A stretch of DNA of 63,563 nucleotides, filler included, from Pelomyxa schiedti (taxonomy: Eukaryota > Protista > Evosea), in assembly GCA_020536535.1 (NCBI GenBank). It is 4 parts of 4 records of this genome, joined end to end, with 100 filler letters (N's around TTAATTAATTAA, not from the genome) between each part and the next. Parts side by side here need not be neighbours in the genome. Positions count along the whole stretch, not along the records: positions 1 to 27,457 come from JAHLWZ010001031.1; 3 more parts are not named here. One strand, written 5' to 3'. Within the stretch, counting starts at the first letter, position 1. Each line of letters opens with the position of its first letter. Position numbers and translations under genes: made by a program. Below the pieces are notes generated by a model. That model saw nothing but the letters and a program-made list of their open reading frames with translations, had not been told where the DNA came from and did not search any database. This document shows, piece after piece, positions 1 through 12,290 of the stretch.

Positions 1-2973
1 GAGTGATTAAACAGTGGCATGGCCAGGATTTCTGCAGCTGTTGGCCTGTCGAAGTGAGAGACTGAGAGGCATCGATGGATAAGTTCAGCCTTGTGGATAT
101 GAGGAGAATTTCATGGGGAGGGATTGATATACTTCATGTGGGAATGAAGTCTCCAAATTTGCGGGTAGCTTTCCTTTCCGCGCATCACTTAATACGTCCG
201 CTCTCTCCATAGCAGTGGAGAAAAAGAAGTACAATTCTAGAAGTATCAGGCCTAGTGAGAAAATGTCTGTTTTCTCGTTATAAATTCCATGGGTGCACTG
301 CTCAGGTGAAGCATAAGTTGATGTGCCAATCCCAGTAGTATGTTTGCTAGGTTCTACAAATTTGTAAACGAAACCCTTATGTGGGGAAAGTAAAGTAATT
401 AATTACCCCAGGAGCAACCCAAGTAATCTGCTGACAATCTGGGGGTTGGTGTTGGTGACACTGTTGGGGAAGGTGAAGAAGGAGCAATTGAAAATTCAGA
501 TGACGAGGAAAGGCCATTTCTCCCACTCGCACAAGGGGTTCGATTTAATATAATTTTCCCATTGTTGCTATTGCGGGGAGACAAAAACGCACTAGGAGGA
601 GCTGGAAGGGAAGCTGATAGGGAAGCACATAGGTGATCCTCATGTGGTGAAAACATGGGTTGTGCTGCAAATGTTGCCAAGCTGTTCGTACAATTAGCAC
701 GTCTTTAGAATATTGCAAAGATACCCAAAATCGCCAACAGAGACTGAATAGGTGGAGGTGGAGGAGGACTCAGTCCTCTTGGAAAGGAAAATATCTGCTG
801 AAACTAAGAAAGAATAATAGAAGAGGAAACAATTACTGGCAGGTTTTATATCTCTATGAATGATGCAAAGAGAATGCAGATACTTAATCGCCTCAACTAT
901 TTGCCGAAAAATATCCAAGTTTTCTATCCTATTGATCTTCCTGCCTTCCCTTCTTAACCAAGTATCCAGAGTGGCTTCATACAGATGCATTTGTATATAC
1001 AAGACACAGGTGTCCCAACCATGTCGGTGTTGGCAGTGGTGTTCACAACTGTGATGGTGTCTGTTTGAATGTCTTGGTATAGGAATTGAAGGAGACCGAT
1101 CGGTAGTGGGTTTTGGAGGATGACCACTGCTGGAACTTTCAAATACAACCCGCTCTAAGGCGCAGGGAGGGGGTGCAAGCCGCAGCTGATCAGAGTTATC
1201 GTCAAACAAGGGTAGAGAGTCATGTAGGAAGTTACCAGCATCACTATCTACACCACTTTTGTCATATCCTGATTCGGAGCTCTGAGGATAGGAAACACGG
1301 CTCCCCTCCCCGCTGCTGGTCAATGGAGCACTCGTCTTAAGGGTTGTTATCTGGTCACATTTTCCAGCTGTTGGTTTTACAAGGTGGCCAGAATTTCCAT
1401 TCAATGGTGGTGTGGCTGAGTAAGATGTGACTGTATCGGCAGTAGAGGACACAGTAAATTCCGATTCGTTAGAGTCACTAGAGAAAGGATAAGCATGGTA
1501 TTCAGTAAGTGCATGATACCTGTTTTGTTTTACATCTAACTCCTCCTCATCTAGAGACTTCTCAAACCAGGCGTTATGATACCTAACAATATTTGGATGA
1601 TCCAAATGGGCCAAAGTTTGCACTTCCCGATAAACCTGGATGTGTGACTACTGACAAATATTTTGTGGATTACCTTGTCTCGCACCGAGCTGTGAGATCG
1701 GAATCTAATTTTCTTTACTGCATACTCACATGTGTCAACTTTGTTCATAACTTTGTATACACTTCCAAACCCCCCACGGCCCAGTTTCTGGAGTTGAACA
1801 AAATCTTGCTTGTAGCGTGATGTGCGACAGTAGCTTTCAATAGACTGTTTAGCACTGTTCGCTTGAGAGTTGTAACTGTCAGTGGACGTGCTCAAGACAA
1901 GTGGTGTATTTTCTCTATCTTGCTGTGTGTGAAGTGCATCGGCACTATTTTCGGTTGTGTTGATATGCGGAGAGGCTTCGGCATTTTCTTCGATCTCCTC
2001 ATCTATAACAGAAGAGTGTTTTACTTGTGGAGAAGAGGGTTTTTTCTACCTCCACTAAAATCTTCCCTTTCCTCAGGTGCCTCTTCCCCTCCTTCTTGAT
2101 TTATGCAACCAGTGTCAATTTTTGGCGTGTCACTGAAATGGCATTCACTTTCCTCTATTTGGGTCACACTTTTCCCCTCTAGATCACTGTCTGCCTCTTT
2201 CTCCACCTCTTGGTGAATAATGTAAATTTTGCTCGTCTTGCATGACACAGTGGAATTGCCCTCAATACTTTTGTCAATCTCAATCTCACTGCTCTCTCTT
2301 GATAATGTTGAAGCATCTGAGTGGCAATGAATCCTCGAATTCCTTGATCCATGGTGAGTGTTCTTTTGTCCTCTAGTTTTCTTGCTGTGAAATTTGTAAG
2401 AATGGAGACTGTTATGTTTAAGTACCTAGAGTAGTGGTGCTTGTGAGTGTGTTTTTTGTGCCAGTTAGTTTCACGCACAAGTCCAGCACCAGAATCATCC
2501 TCGTTGGCTTGCTCCAAGTGATGATGACCATGATGCCTGCTCCTTCTATTTACATTTACAGTATTCACAGAAGAAGAAGAAGTAGTAGTAGTAGTAGTAC
2601 AGGCCACAGAACCATAGTTCCTGCTTTTTCCCTTCTCTTTCTCTTTCTCCTCCTCCTTGTCATTTTCCTCATTCCCATTCTCACCATTATTCTCCTCCTC
2701 AATGTAATCACTTCCCCCTGGGGCCTTGTCATCGTCGGTATTGGGCACATGGCCGGCGCCGAGTGGCAGCAAGGGCAGGTGCAGTGACACACATATGGTA
2801 TGTGGCCTTCTTTTAGACGAAGTGGTGGTAGTGCTTGTGACTGTTGTGGATTTGCTGCCGGTCATTGCCAAGTTGATATTACTGCTACACTTATCCTGTG
2901 AAGGTGGTGGAATCACAACAGTGTGGCCACCTTGCACAAGACTCTCGAATGCCGACGAATTGGGGTGCTCCAA
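1..2973 (-). CDS. eIF2-alpha kinase (HRI/PERK/GCN2/PKR family), multi-exon, runs off the window start
   Basis: Motifs across exons: LGRGGFGSVYKV..YAVKKIRF (1551-1895); LAHLDHPNIVRYHNAWFE, a long kinase insert, LYIQMHLYEATLDTWL and HRDIKPANIF after splicing (694-1623); GIGTSTYASPEQ..YNEKTDIFSLGLILLELY..TAMERADVL (about 190-335); RPTAAEIL (about 20-50). The 5' end is approximate. Confidence 0.92.
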
Positions 2974-3695
2974 ACTTTCCTATTCAACACAAAAACAACG
3001 TGCATTCAATCAAAGCCCAAATGAAAAGGAAAAAGGAAAAGAAAAAAAATGGATGGAGTGCTGGAGTGCCATCGCGGAGAAATGGTATTTTAATGGCGAA
3101 AAGGCCAAAACAATTTGTTAAAAATGTGATAGAAAAAGGGGTGTGATTGGGTACGGACCTCCCTCTTTTGACGAGGTGGGGTTTTGCTTAACAGCATCCC
3201 ATAAACAATGTTACTAGTATCGTACAGGTGGTTGGGTTTTTCTGTTTTTTTTTTTTTTATTACTTCTATGTAAAATGGTTTGATGTGCTTGTCTCTTGCT
3301 GTATTCAATGGGTAACAGAAAACAACCGGAACCGTAACAAAAAATTTAATAAACAACTCTTCTACTTTTTCGTCGCTGGAGGAGTGACTGTACGAAAAGG
3401 GGTTATCGGAAAAACCACCTGAACGACAACTGCACCCTCTCCGTAAAAAGGCCAGACATAGTAGGAGAAAAAAGCTACGAAAGAATCATTCCCAACAAAG
3501 GAAGGGAAGAAACGTGGAAGGAAATGGGGAAGTGTCTGTTGGTTGGTCTGTTAGTTTTATTGTGGTTGTTGCTGTGGCTGTGGCTGTGGCTGTGGTTTGT
3601 TTGTATAGAGAGGGAAGGGTAATTTGAGGAACATACACTTTGTTTTTTTTTCTATTTGTTAGGGTTGTTGCGTTACTGTTGTGGTTGTGGTGGGA

Positions 3696-4448
3696 TTATT
3701 GTTTGCGGACAGCGGAAACTAGGTCTGTAAGGTTGGATATGAGGGTGTTCTCGGTCTTTTCGAGTGCTCTTGCGGCCCTCACTGCCTCCACGATGGCGTT
3801 GATTTGGGTCTCCAACACTAGGCCACCTTGCACTATCTCGTCTAGAATGTTCAAGACGATGTCTGGGTGGAAGATGAGATCAAGCTCACAAACGTTCTCA
3901 AAGCAACGATCCAGAGTTTCCACAAAGACCTACGATGGTACTTACACAAGGGCGTTGAAAATTTGACAAACGTGGTGATTTGGCTTTATGGTGGTCTGTG
4001 ATGATTACCTGAATGAGGTCTAGCATCCCCAACTCGCTCTCAGCAGAGTCCACAATGGCAATGAAATACAGTGTAGCATAGTGGCTGTTAAATATGAGCA
4101 CCAGAAGTTAATGGACGGTTTGTAGGCAAAGTGACAAACCGGTAAATGAGCTTCGTGTCTTTTCCCCATATTTCCTCCCCAACCTCCAGGAAATTACATG
4201 CCCGATCACTGCGTTTACTGACAAGCGAATATAGTTCTCTTACAATTTGTTGTTGCCTGTCTTCGCTCTAAAGATACATGGACATTATTACACGCAGCAA
4301 GAAAAAAACAGAAAAAAAAAACCGTCTTCAACGAGAAAGAGAGTAACAAAAGTTTTGTTTTGCATTGCATTGCACATACGAAGTAAGTATAGAACTTCAG
4401 CAAACGGGGCTTGCCGTGGTTGTTGATTACAATGATGGCACGTATCAT
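3696..4448 (-). CDS. AP3S: AP-3 adaptor complex sigma subunit
   Basis: MIRAIIVINNHGKPRLLKFY, HYATLYFIAIVDSAESELGMLDLIQV and FVETLDRCFENVCELDLIFH..ILDEIVQGGLVLET match AP3S consensus segments separated by short introns. Confidence 0.93.
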
Positions 4449-4799
4449 GATGGGGGCTTGTTGTTTCTTTTTCTTGTTGACTGTTTTTGATTTGGCTTTT
4501 CGGATCTCGAACTGCCAGTTGAGGTAATTTCTTTGGGCGAATGTTGTTTTCGAGGTGACTGCACCCCACCTTCGACATTGGAATCTGGTGCTCAGAGTCT
4601 GTCATTTTGGTGGTAGGCACAGCTGATGAACAATTGCTCAAAATCGGACCCAGATTCGACAAATCTAAACCGCCAAATCCCCCATCGTTCAGCGATTGAA
4701 CCGCGAAAAAACAGAAGAAAAAAACAAAAAAAAAAAAAACCCACACGTCGTCGCGTACCGTTGACGCAGCAGCGTAACATCTCGTTTGTGTAAAGAAAA

Positions 4800-6693
4800 A
4801 TGTGGCGCAAGAGGAAAGCCGACATGCCGCCCGAGGTGTATCCGTCTGTGTTGGACGGAATAAAGCGGATCTACGCCGACAAGATCCGACCGATCGAGGC
4901 ACTATACAAGTTTGAGGACTTCCACTCGCCACTGCTCAAGGATTCTGATTTTGATGCAAAACCGTCTGTTGTGTTCCTTGGCCAGTATTCGACAGGGAAA
5001 ACCTCTTTCATTAGGTTTGTTGTCGTTGTAGGTGGCTTTTATCTTTAGTCTAAGAAGTTGAAGGTATCTGCTCGAGGCAGACTACCCAGGGCAAAATATA
5101 GGCCCCGAACCCACAACAGACAGATTCGTAGCAGTAATGCACTCGCGTACAGAGACCATTATTCCAGGAAATGCTCTGGTTGTACAGGCTGATATGCCTT
5201 TCCGTGCATTGTCCCGTTTTGGTTTGCACTTCTCCCAACTTGTTCAATTTTTGTAACCTCCTCAGGAAACGACTTCTTGACAAAATTCCAAGCTTCCATG
5301 GTCAATGTGCCCATTCTTGAGGATTTGACCATTATTGATACTCCTGGAGTTCTGTCTGGAGAAAAACAACGTATAGGACGGCAATATGGTACGACATTAC
5401 ATCAACTTGCTGTCTTTGTTCACTTCCTTCAGATTTTATTGCTGTCGTGGAGTGGTTTGCCCAGCGAGCTGATATGATCATTCTGACTTTCGACGCACAC
5501 AAACTTGATATTTCAGATGAATTCAAGCGTGTTATTGAGGCATTGAAAGGTTTAGTATGCAGGCACTGTATTTTGTTCTCATTGTCCCTAGGTAATGATG
5601 ATAAGGTGAGAGTGGTGCTCAACAAAGCTGATAGTGTAACCAGCCAGCAGCTTATGCGCGTGTACGTTCCTCTCTTGGAAAACGTTCGGTATTTTTAACT
5701 CCTAAAAAAAAGGTATGGTGCTATGATGTGGTCACTTGGTAAAGTCCTTAAAACACCTGAAGTCATGCGTGTATACATTTCTTCGTTTTGGGATAGACCT
5801 TATGTCAACACTGAAAATGCAAATCTTTTCAATGTGGAACGAGAAGATCTTCTTAGGGTTTGTCTTGTTAATAGTTTTCTTGTCTTATAATTATAATTTC
5901 AGGATCTCCATCAATTACCAAGACAAAGTACAGTGAGAAAGGTAAATGAACTCGTGAAACGGTCCAGGCTTGCCAAAGTACATGCAATTATCATAGCTCA
6001 TCTCAAATCCGAAATGCCTTCAGTCTTTGGAAAAAGAAGTCGCCAAGAGGAGCTGATTGCGGTATTTCGCACAACTAAATCACATTCCAAATCATAACCT
6101 TTGCCAGAACTTGAACCATGAATTCAATAAAGTGATGCAAAAATACCAGCTTTCCCCAGGCGACTTTCCTGAAATCAATAAGTTCAAGGAACGACTGGCA
6201 CTTAGTGATTTTGATCGATTCCCCAAACTCAACCCCAAGTTAATTGAATCTATGGACGAGGTTTTAGCCGCTGATATTCCAAAACTTGTCAAGATGTTCC
6301 CGCTTGAGCAAATGCCTCCCACCCAAACAAACCCATTCGAATTTCAAAGCAACTTTGAGAAGAATGCCTCCATACTGGAACTGTCTGATGCCGATAAGGC
6401 TCAGTACATTAGCGTATTCCATTCCCTTACGCTCGTTAACGGAAGGTTTTTCCCCGCTCCCATTCCACGGTAGAATCTAAACATATTAACTCATTTCCAG
6501 GGCCCCTGGTCTAGAAGTGAAGAGGGTCTTATCTGAGTCCCACCTGTCCAAAGAGATTCTATCCAAGATATGGATGCTTTGTGACCGCGGGAAGCATGGA
6601 GCTCTATCCGAGGAGGAATTCGTCATTGCAATGGCACTAGTCAATGCTGCTATTGCTGGCAAACCCCTTCCCGACTCGCTTTCCTCTGTCTAG
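4800..6693 (+). CDS. EHD: EH-domain-containing dynamin-like ATPase (EHD/RME-1/Past1 family)
   Basis: EDFHSPLLKDSDFDAKPSVVFLGQYSTGKTSFIR, GPEPTTDRF, IIDTPGVLSGEKQRIGRQY, FDAHKLDISDEF, VVLNKAD, LMRVYGAMMWSLGKV; C-terminal EH domain ILSKIWMLCDRGKHGALSEEEFVIAM; TAG at 6691-6693. Confidence 0.96.
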
Positions 6694-6873
6694 GGGAAGC
6701 ACAAGAATTTTTTTGTAAGTTGCCCTAGCGTAGAAAAAACTATTGTATTTACCTTTACCTTTTTGTGTTTGGGGTTTTTCCTTTTCCATAATATTATCCT
6801 CTACTCCTACAATTCTTTGTTGGGTCAACCAACAACATCACAGGGGAAGCTGCTCGGTTGGGTGATTCAAGTT

Positions 6874-8349
6874 CTATTGTACAGAAGTGTCCAGGTCATC
6901 ACCATCAACCAGGATTGAAGGTGGTGGTAACTTGGACTTCTTTTTCCACTGCGCCGCAAGGCTTGGTACACTGGCGCCTTCGGTAGCAAGAATCACAGAT
7001 ATATCTTGTTGTGAAACCTCTGGGGCTTCAGAGGGTTGGTTGCGGCGTGCCCGCCATTCCGCGAGGTCCGGACCCAAGTTCGCAGTAAATAAGAATATTA
7101 GGGCGTCAAAAAATCCCCATAGGGGAACGATGGCAGCTTCCCAATATGCTGCCCATGCGTGTGTTTCTGTGGGTGTGGGTTTTTTTTTTTCAGAAAGGAA
7201 GAAAGAGTGCGGGGTATGTGCATACTGCCAGTAACATCTTCAAGTATTCGATTTACTGAGCATGGAATCCAAATGATGTACATCATAACTGGGTACATAT
7301 AAGTCTGCCGTAGGGCTTTGACCACTATAGCTCGTTGTTTGATGTTCCTGTAGCCACCCTTCAGTACAAAACGCCGCCTGAACCTAATGGCGGCAATGGT
7401 ATAGATAATGACAAGGGCAAGTAAAAGTACCCATTCCAACCAGTAGAACATGATCTTTTTTGAGTGTCGGTTGTTAATTCATACTAAGGAAAAAGCAAGC
7501 ATCACATACATATCTGGCATACCATGGTTCACCATCTACCCAACACCATCCAACAGGAGAAAGCGAGTAACTCATTCCAAGGGCGTGCATAGCAGGGAAC
7601 AATGCCGCAATGAAGGAGGCGAGCCACAGCGCAGTGTGCAAGAATACTTCCAAGAAAAGGGGGAGAGAAAAGTCCCGACCAGCTAAAACACATAGGTATA
7701 TTGCTATCATTAGAATGTACTCATTTCCTACCAGGTCACACATTTCTGTGAAAGCACCTGCAGGTCCTTGTGTCACAAAAAAGGGGAGTACCAAAAAAAA
7801 AAAAAAAAAGGAGAGGAGGTGCAACTGGCCTTGGGCTGTGCAGATTAAATCATCACTACTATGGACAAAAATTGATGACACTATCTTAGTGGAGAGGAAA
7901 AACGAAGGCTATTAGACAATGGCAAGGAAATTCAAAATTGTAATAAAACAACATACAAATGAAGTAGCATGAATGAGATCCGATATTGCCAAGCCAAAAA
8001 CAAATCGCCAATACATCCACGCCACTTTCTTGAAGAAAATCGACGTGAATATTATGAACAGGCATCCCATAACCGACAGCACAGCGCACAAAAAAGTGAT
8101 CAGCTTCACGTATTCCAGAACCTCATCGTCACTGGACGATCCCCAACTCGATCTCCAGGTTCCTGAGGAAGAGGAAGAGAACGGGGGATTTGAACTTGAA
8201 ATTGGTGGAGATGCCTCCAGATACGAAATTGGGGCGGGGCGAGACTCCCCTATGCGATGATTCCCCAACGAGGAAGCACCAACTTGGTTGCTGAAGTAGA
8301 CAACTAGGACGCACAATAGCCACGAACAAAGCCGACGCGTCGTGGTCAT
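6874..8349 (-). CDS. 7TM GPCR of the Dictyostelium cAMP-receptor-like / GCR1 family with signal peptide
   Basis: N-terminal hydrophobic leader; TM1 LCAVLSVMGCLFIIFT, LAISDLIHA, loop PVGWCWVDG, TM5 MFYWLEWVLLLALVIIY, TM6 YPVMMYIIWIPCSVNRI. Confidence 0.85.
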
Positions 8350-8691
8350 CGGCTTTTCGCTTAAAGTAACTTTTCTCGAGATGAAAACTGTCCGAAGCTG
8401 CGCAGACTTCTCTCCACTGGAGGGAGGTACTAATACAATTTCCTGATTCAATGCCTGGTTGCTTCCTGCAACTCTTGGAACCTGGATCCTGAATGTGATT
8501 GATGGTTGGCTTTTCGAGGAAGGTCTGATCACTCAAGCGAATATACCCTCTTCACTACGGCTCCCTCAACCACTGTTCATTGGAAGATAATAAGGTACTC
8601 TGAGGCGCTCCTGCACGAATCAAGAAGAACTCTGGACATCAAATTGGAAGTAAATTTTCCTTTTTTTTTTTTTTTAATTTGTCCGGGTCTG

Positions 8692-11674
8692 ATGGCGGGG
8701 CGGCAGGCGCAGTACAACTTTACCGCAGCGCCTCAGCAAACCAACTTTATGGGATCTACGCCTCCGAGGCCGACTGCTGGCCACTTGGACCTCTTTCACC
8801 AGCAACCACCGCAACAGCAACCACAACAGCAACGCGGAGCCGCCATTATGGGAGGCCGGTCCTGGCAGCCCACCACCCCCACGTCGCCATCGCCCCCGGT
8901 CGTTGCCTCGTCCTCCCGCCCCCCTGCTCCCATAATTTACTCCTCTTCCTCTTCCACATCTTCTTCCTCGTCGTCCTACGGCTCTTCGTCTTCTTCGTTA
9001 AAATACCAACAAAATCAAAATCAGCCCCAACAATCTCGGCAACAAAGAATTGACCCCTCCAGCAGATCAAATTCTCAACATCTACAACAACAAACCTACA
9101 TTTACGCTGAGAACGGAATTTCCTCGTCATCGGCAGCGACTTCTACTCCGAGAAATAATAACGCTTCAATGCTGTACGACGACGAAGGAATTGTGGGAGG
9201 AGTAGCAGGAGACGCAAGAAACGGAGGACTGGGCCAGTACCAGGAGGACGATCAAGGGCAGTATGAGTACGCAACCGATTCTGTGACTTGCGAGAATTAT
9301 GGGTCTGATGGTGGTCAGCAGGTGTTGCCTAATAATGGTGGTGTGGAGGGTGAGATTCAAATTCAGGATCAGGATCCAGCTTCTGGATCCTCTGACTATG
9401 TCTCTAGCTTTTGTGATATTGGATCCATTGCTGCCACTGCCATAGGTTTGGTTTGCTTCTTCCTTGCATAAGAAACCTTGATTAATAACTGCGGATTCCA
9501 CTCGTACTCACCGCGCTTCCCGTTTCCCAATGCAGTGGAAATGCAGTCTTTGTGGCAACAAACTGGAAAGACGGCCTGGGCCTGTGCTGAAGTCGTGCGT
9601 GCGTTGCACAGCGAGGTGGCCAGAATATTCACTTCTGCAGTGGATGCGGAGCGTGCAGCTGTTATTGCTCTGGATGCACGCTGGGTGTCAGCAGTCCGGG
9701 ACTTCAGTTTGTTGCATGCGTCTTTGGGCTCTGATGCCGGAGGGAAGTTGGTACTATTGACCCAATCTCCTCTGCGCTCCTTACGAAACACTTGTTAGGC
9801 TGACATTCAGGACTTGCCTCTCTACCAGCGAGTTGAAATATCAGAGTCACGTAATGCTGTTCTTCTAGCTGTGTGTGTTTTTGTTTACACCTTCAGTACT
9901 TTTAATATATCTGTATTTTCCAGGAGTATGAGAAAAGAAAAGCACAACGCGATGAGGCCAAACAAAGCTTACTGGCACTGTGGGCCGAAATGTCTATTTC
10001 TGCTGGTGATTCACTCCCTGATGAGTCAGACCTATCTCCAGAGGCCCTGGACTGGTTTTTGGACGCCTTGAAACAAGCACAGACAGAAAAAGTTGTCAAC
10101 TCATTCTAAGTCGCTCAATGTGATTGTAACGCAATTGCCAGGAAGATAGAGAGCTCAACTGTAGAACTTTACTTTCTGAGGCTATTTCTCTCAGTGAAGA
10201 ACTGGGGATTCCAACAGATCTTAGTGACTCAACAGACAGTTGCCAAGGGGGGCCACACCAAAAACCCATGCGCTTATCCATGTCTGACATGAAGCTAACA
10301 CCAGAATATGGGGATACACTGCAGGAAGTGGTTATGTCTCTGAACACCCTGAAGAAAGAGAGGTATGTCAGCGATGTGCAATATAATAACTCTCACAAAA
10401 GACTTCACTCACAGAGAAGGCATGGTGAATAAATGCCAGGCGGCCATAATAAATTTGAATACATTTCTTGGTGAAGATCCCTCAGTATCCAAAAATCTAT
10501 TTTCTTCCATCAAAGGCCTTGGGGCAGACTCCATTTCCCTGGTGTGTTAGCGTTTTTCTTGTTGTGTCACTTTGTGGTGTGTTAATTTCCATTTTATCTT
10601 ACCAAGGCTATACATACAACTGCAGTATGAAGCAGAAGTTACCCGCCTTGAGGAAGCAAAGAGATGCTATGTTGACAACCAGTTAACTCTTATTGTGGAG
10701 CAAATTGTGAGTGTATGGCAAAATATAGGGCTAGAACCACCTTGTATTTTTGCAGGTTCGACAGAACTTAAACACACCATAGCCATAAACATGTAGTCAA
10801 TAAAGAGTAATAAAATCAACGAAACAGCCAAGCAAACAACCAAAAAAAGAACATAGGGATGATCCAGTTGATCGCCTGGCTGCTCTTAGAGCAGAGCTTA
10901 CATGGCTCAAGAAGATTGAAACGGTTTTATTATTACTTTTCCCTGACTCTTTTCACCATTTTAAAAAGGAAAAACAGAAAATTCTATCATTGATTCACAA
11001 GTATGAGGTATACTCCAGTTCCTGAACTGACTTAAGTTGATATTCGAATTGGTTTTTAACTTTGCAACAGGAGGTAACTCGCGAAAAAGTTGCATTTGAC
11101 AAGGAAACATCAGACAGCAGCAGACTCAATGGCCGAGCTGCAGGTTTCCATCTTAATTTGTAGGGTACTTAATAGTCTAAAAGTTTCTATGCCAAGGTAA
11201 AGGACTAAGATTACTGGCAGAAGAGAAAGAGAGAAAGCGCCTTTCCAGACTGCTCGTCCAGATTGCACAGGATCTTTATGGTGCCCTCCGAGAGTGGTCC
11301 AGTTTTACTCCATCTGTATCCACTACGACTACATCCACTTCCAGTGCTGCTTTGCCAGCGTACATGCAGATCAACCTTCCGAAATTCGAAACGCAAGACA
11401 GACAAGATTACTTGGCACTATTGCAATCCCAACTCAGAAGAGTTTTGCCCAGTACCCCTGGCCTTAGGGCTCAAGGTATGAAACAATAACTGGGAACTCT
11501 CTATTCACAGTTATACAGCAACGATGACCACACTCACCACTCTTGGGGCAACCAGCATTAAGCGGCAAGGAGGCCCCAACAACCCAGGTCTGGTAGTTTT
11601 TTCTATGAACAGGAAGTCTGACACCGGCATTAGGCACCCCCTCAAAAAGATCAAGAACTGAACAGAAACACTAA
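8692..11674 (+). CDS. MAP65/Ase1/PRC1-family microtubule-bundling protein with Q/S-rich N-terminus
   Basis: Low-complexity first exon, helical exons, LQYEAEVTRLEEAK, ILSLIHKYE..DSSRLNGR..LLAEEKERKR resembling the MAP65 core. The 3' end is approximate. Confidence 0.75.
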
Positions 11675-11785
11675 CAAAGACAACGAAATGTGCCAGTTAC
11701 AGTGTTGTATGATTTACACCCGAAATATAAAAACTCCAACTCAACCCAAAATAAAAGGGAATTCTTTTTCCCCACCACTCTTCAG

Positions 11786-12169
11786 TCATTTACCATCCTT
11801 TCCCCAACACAGCAACCACAAAACTAGCCAAATTGGCATAAGTATCAAAACCACTCCAAAACTAGCCCACTCCAAACTCATCACCACACCCCCATTTCCA
11901 CTCCAGTGCACCCCTCCCATTCCGCTCCATTTTTCAGTTGCAATTACATCACCGCGGTGCGTCATCGCCAGCATCCACCCTGATTTGGGCCCAACCCACA
12001 GCACACAACTGCCAAGTGCGAATGTGCCAAACGCCAAAATCACGGTTTTGAGCACGAGGATGCACCACACACGCCAGCCGGCACTCGTCCGCATCGCATT
12101 TTCATTTGGTGATGTTTGTTGTGTTGTCGGGTGTGGCGCTGGGGCTTGCTTACTGGAGTCCATCGTCAC
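11786..12169 (-). CDS. small hypothetical protein with two predicted TM segments
   Basis: 127-aa ORF with two hydrophobic stretches, divergent from the NACHT gene. No recognised family. Confidence 0.4.
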   Translation of the reverse strand: MTMDSSKQAPAPHPTTQQTSPNENAMRTSAGWRVWCILVLKTVILAFGTFALGSCVLWVGPKSGWMLAMTHRGDVIATEKWSGMGGVHWSGNGGVVMSLEWASFGVVLILMPIWLVLWLLCWGKDGK

Positions 12170-12290
12170 TGGATTTGGGTTTCTAAAAAAAGGGGCGCAT
12201 CCGTCATTCCAGATGGTTTCTGCAGGCGAAAGTGGGGTCAGATCTTAGTGGAAACGTGAAAACCCCTCGAAGCAAAAATTTGGTTGTTGG

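Noticed and set aside
6320-6345. NPF motif in the EHD linker
   Set aside because: A linker xPF motif before the EH domain is a known EHD feature.
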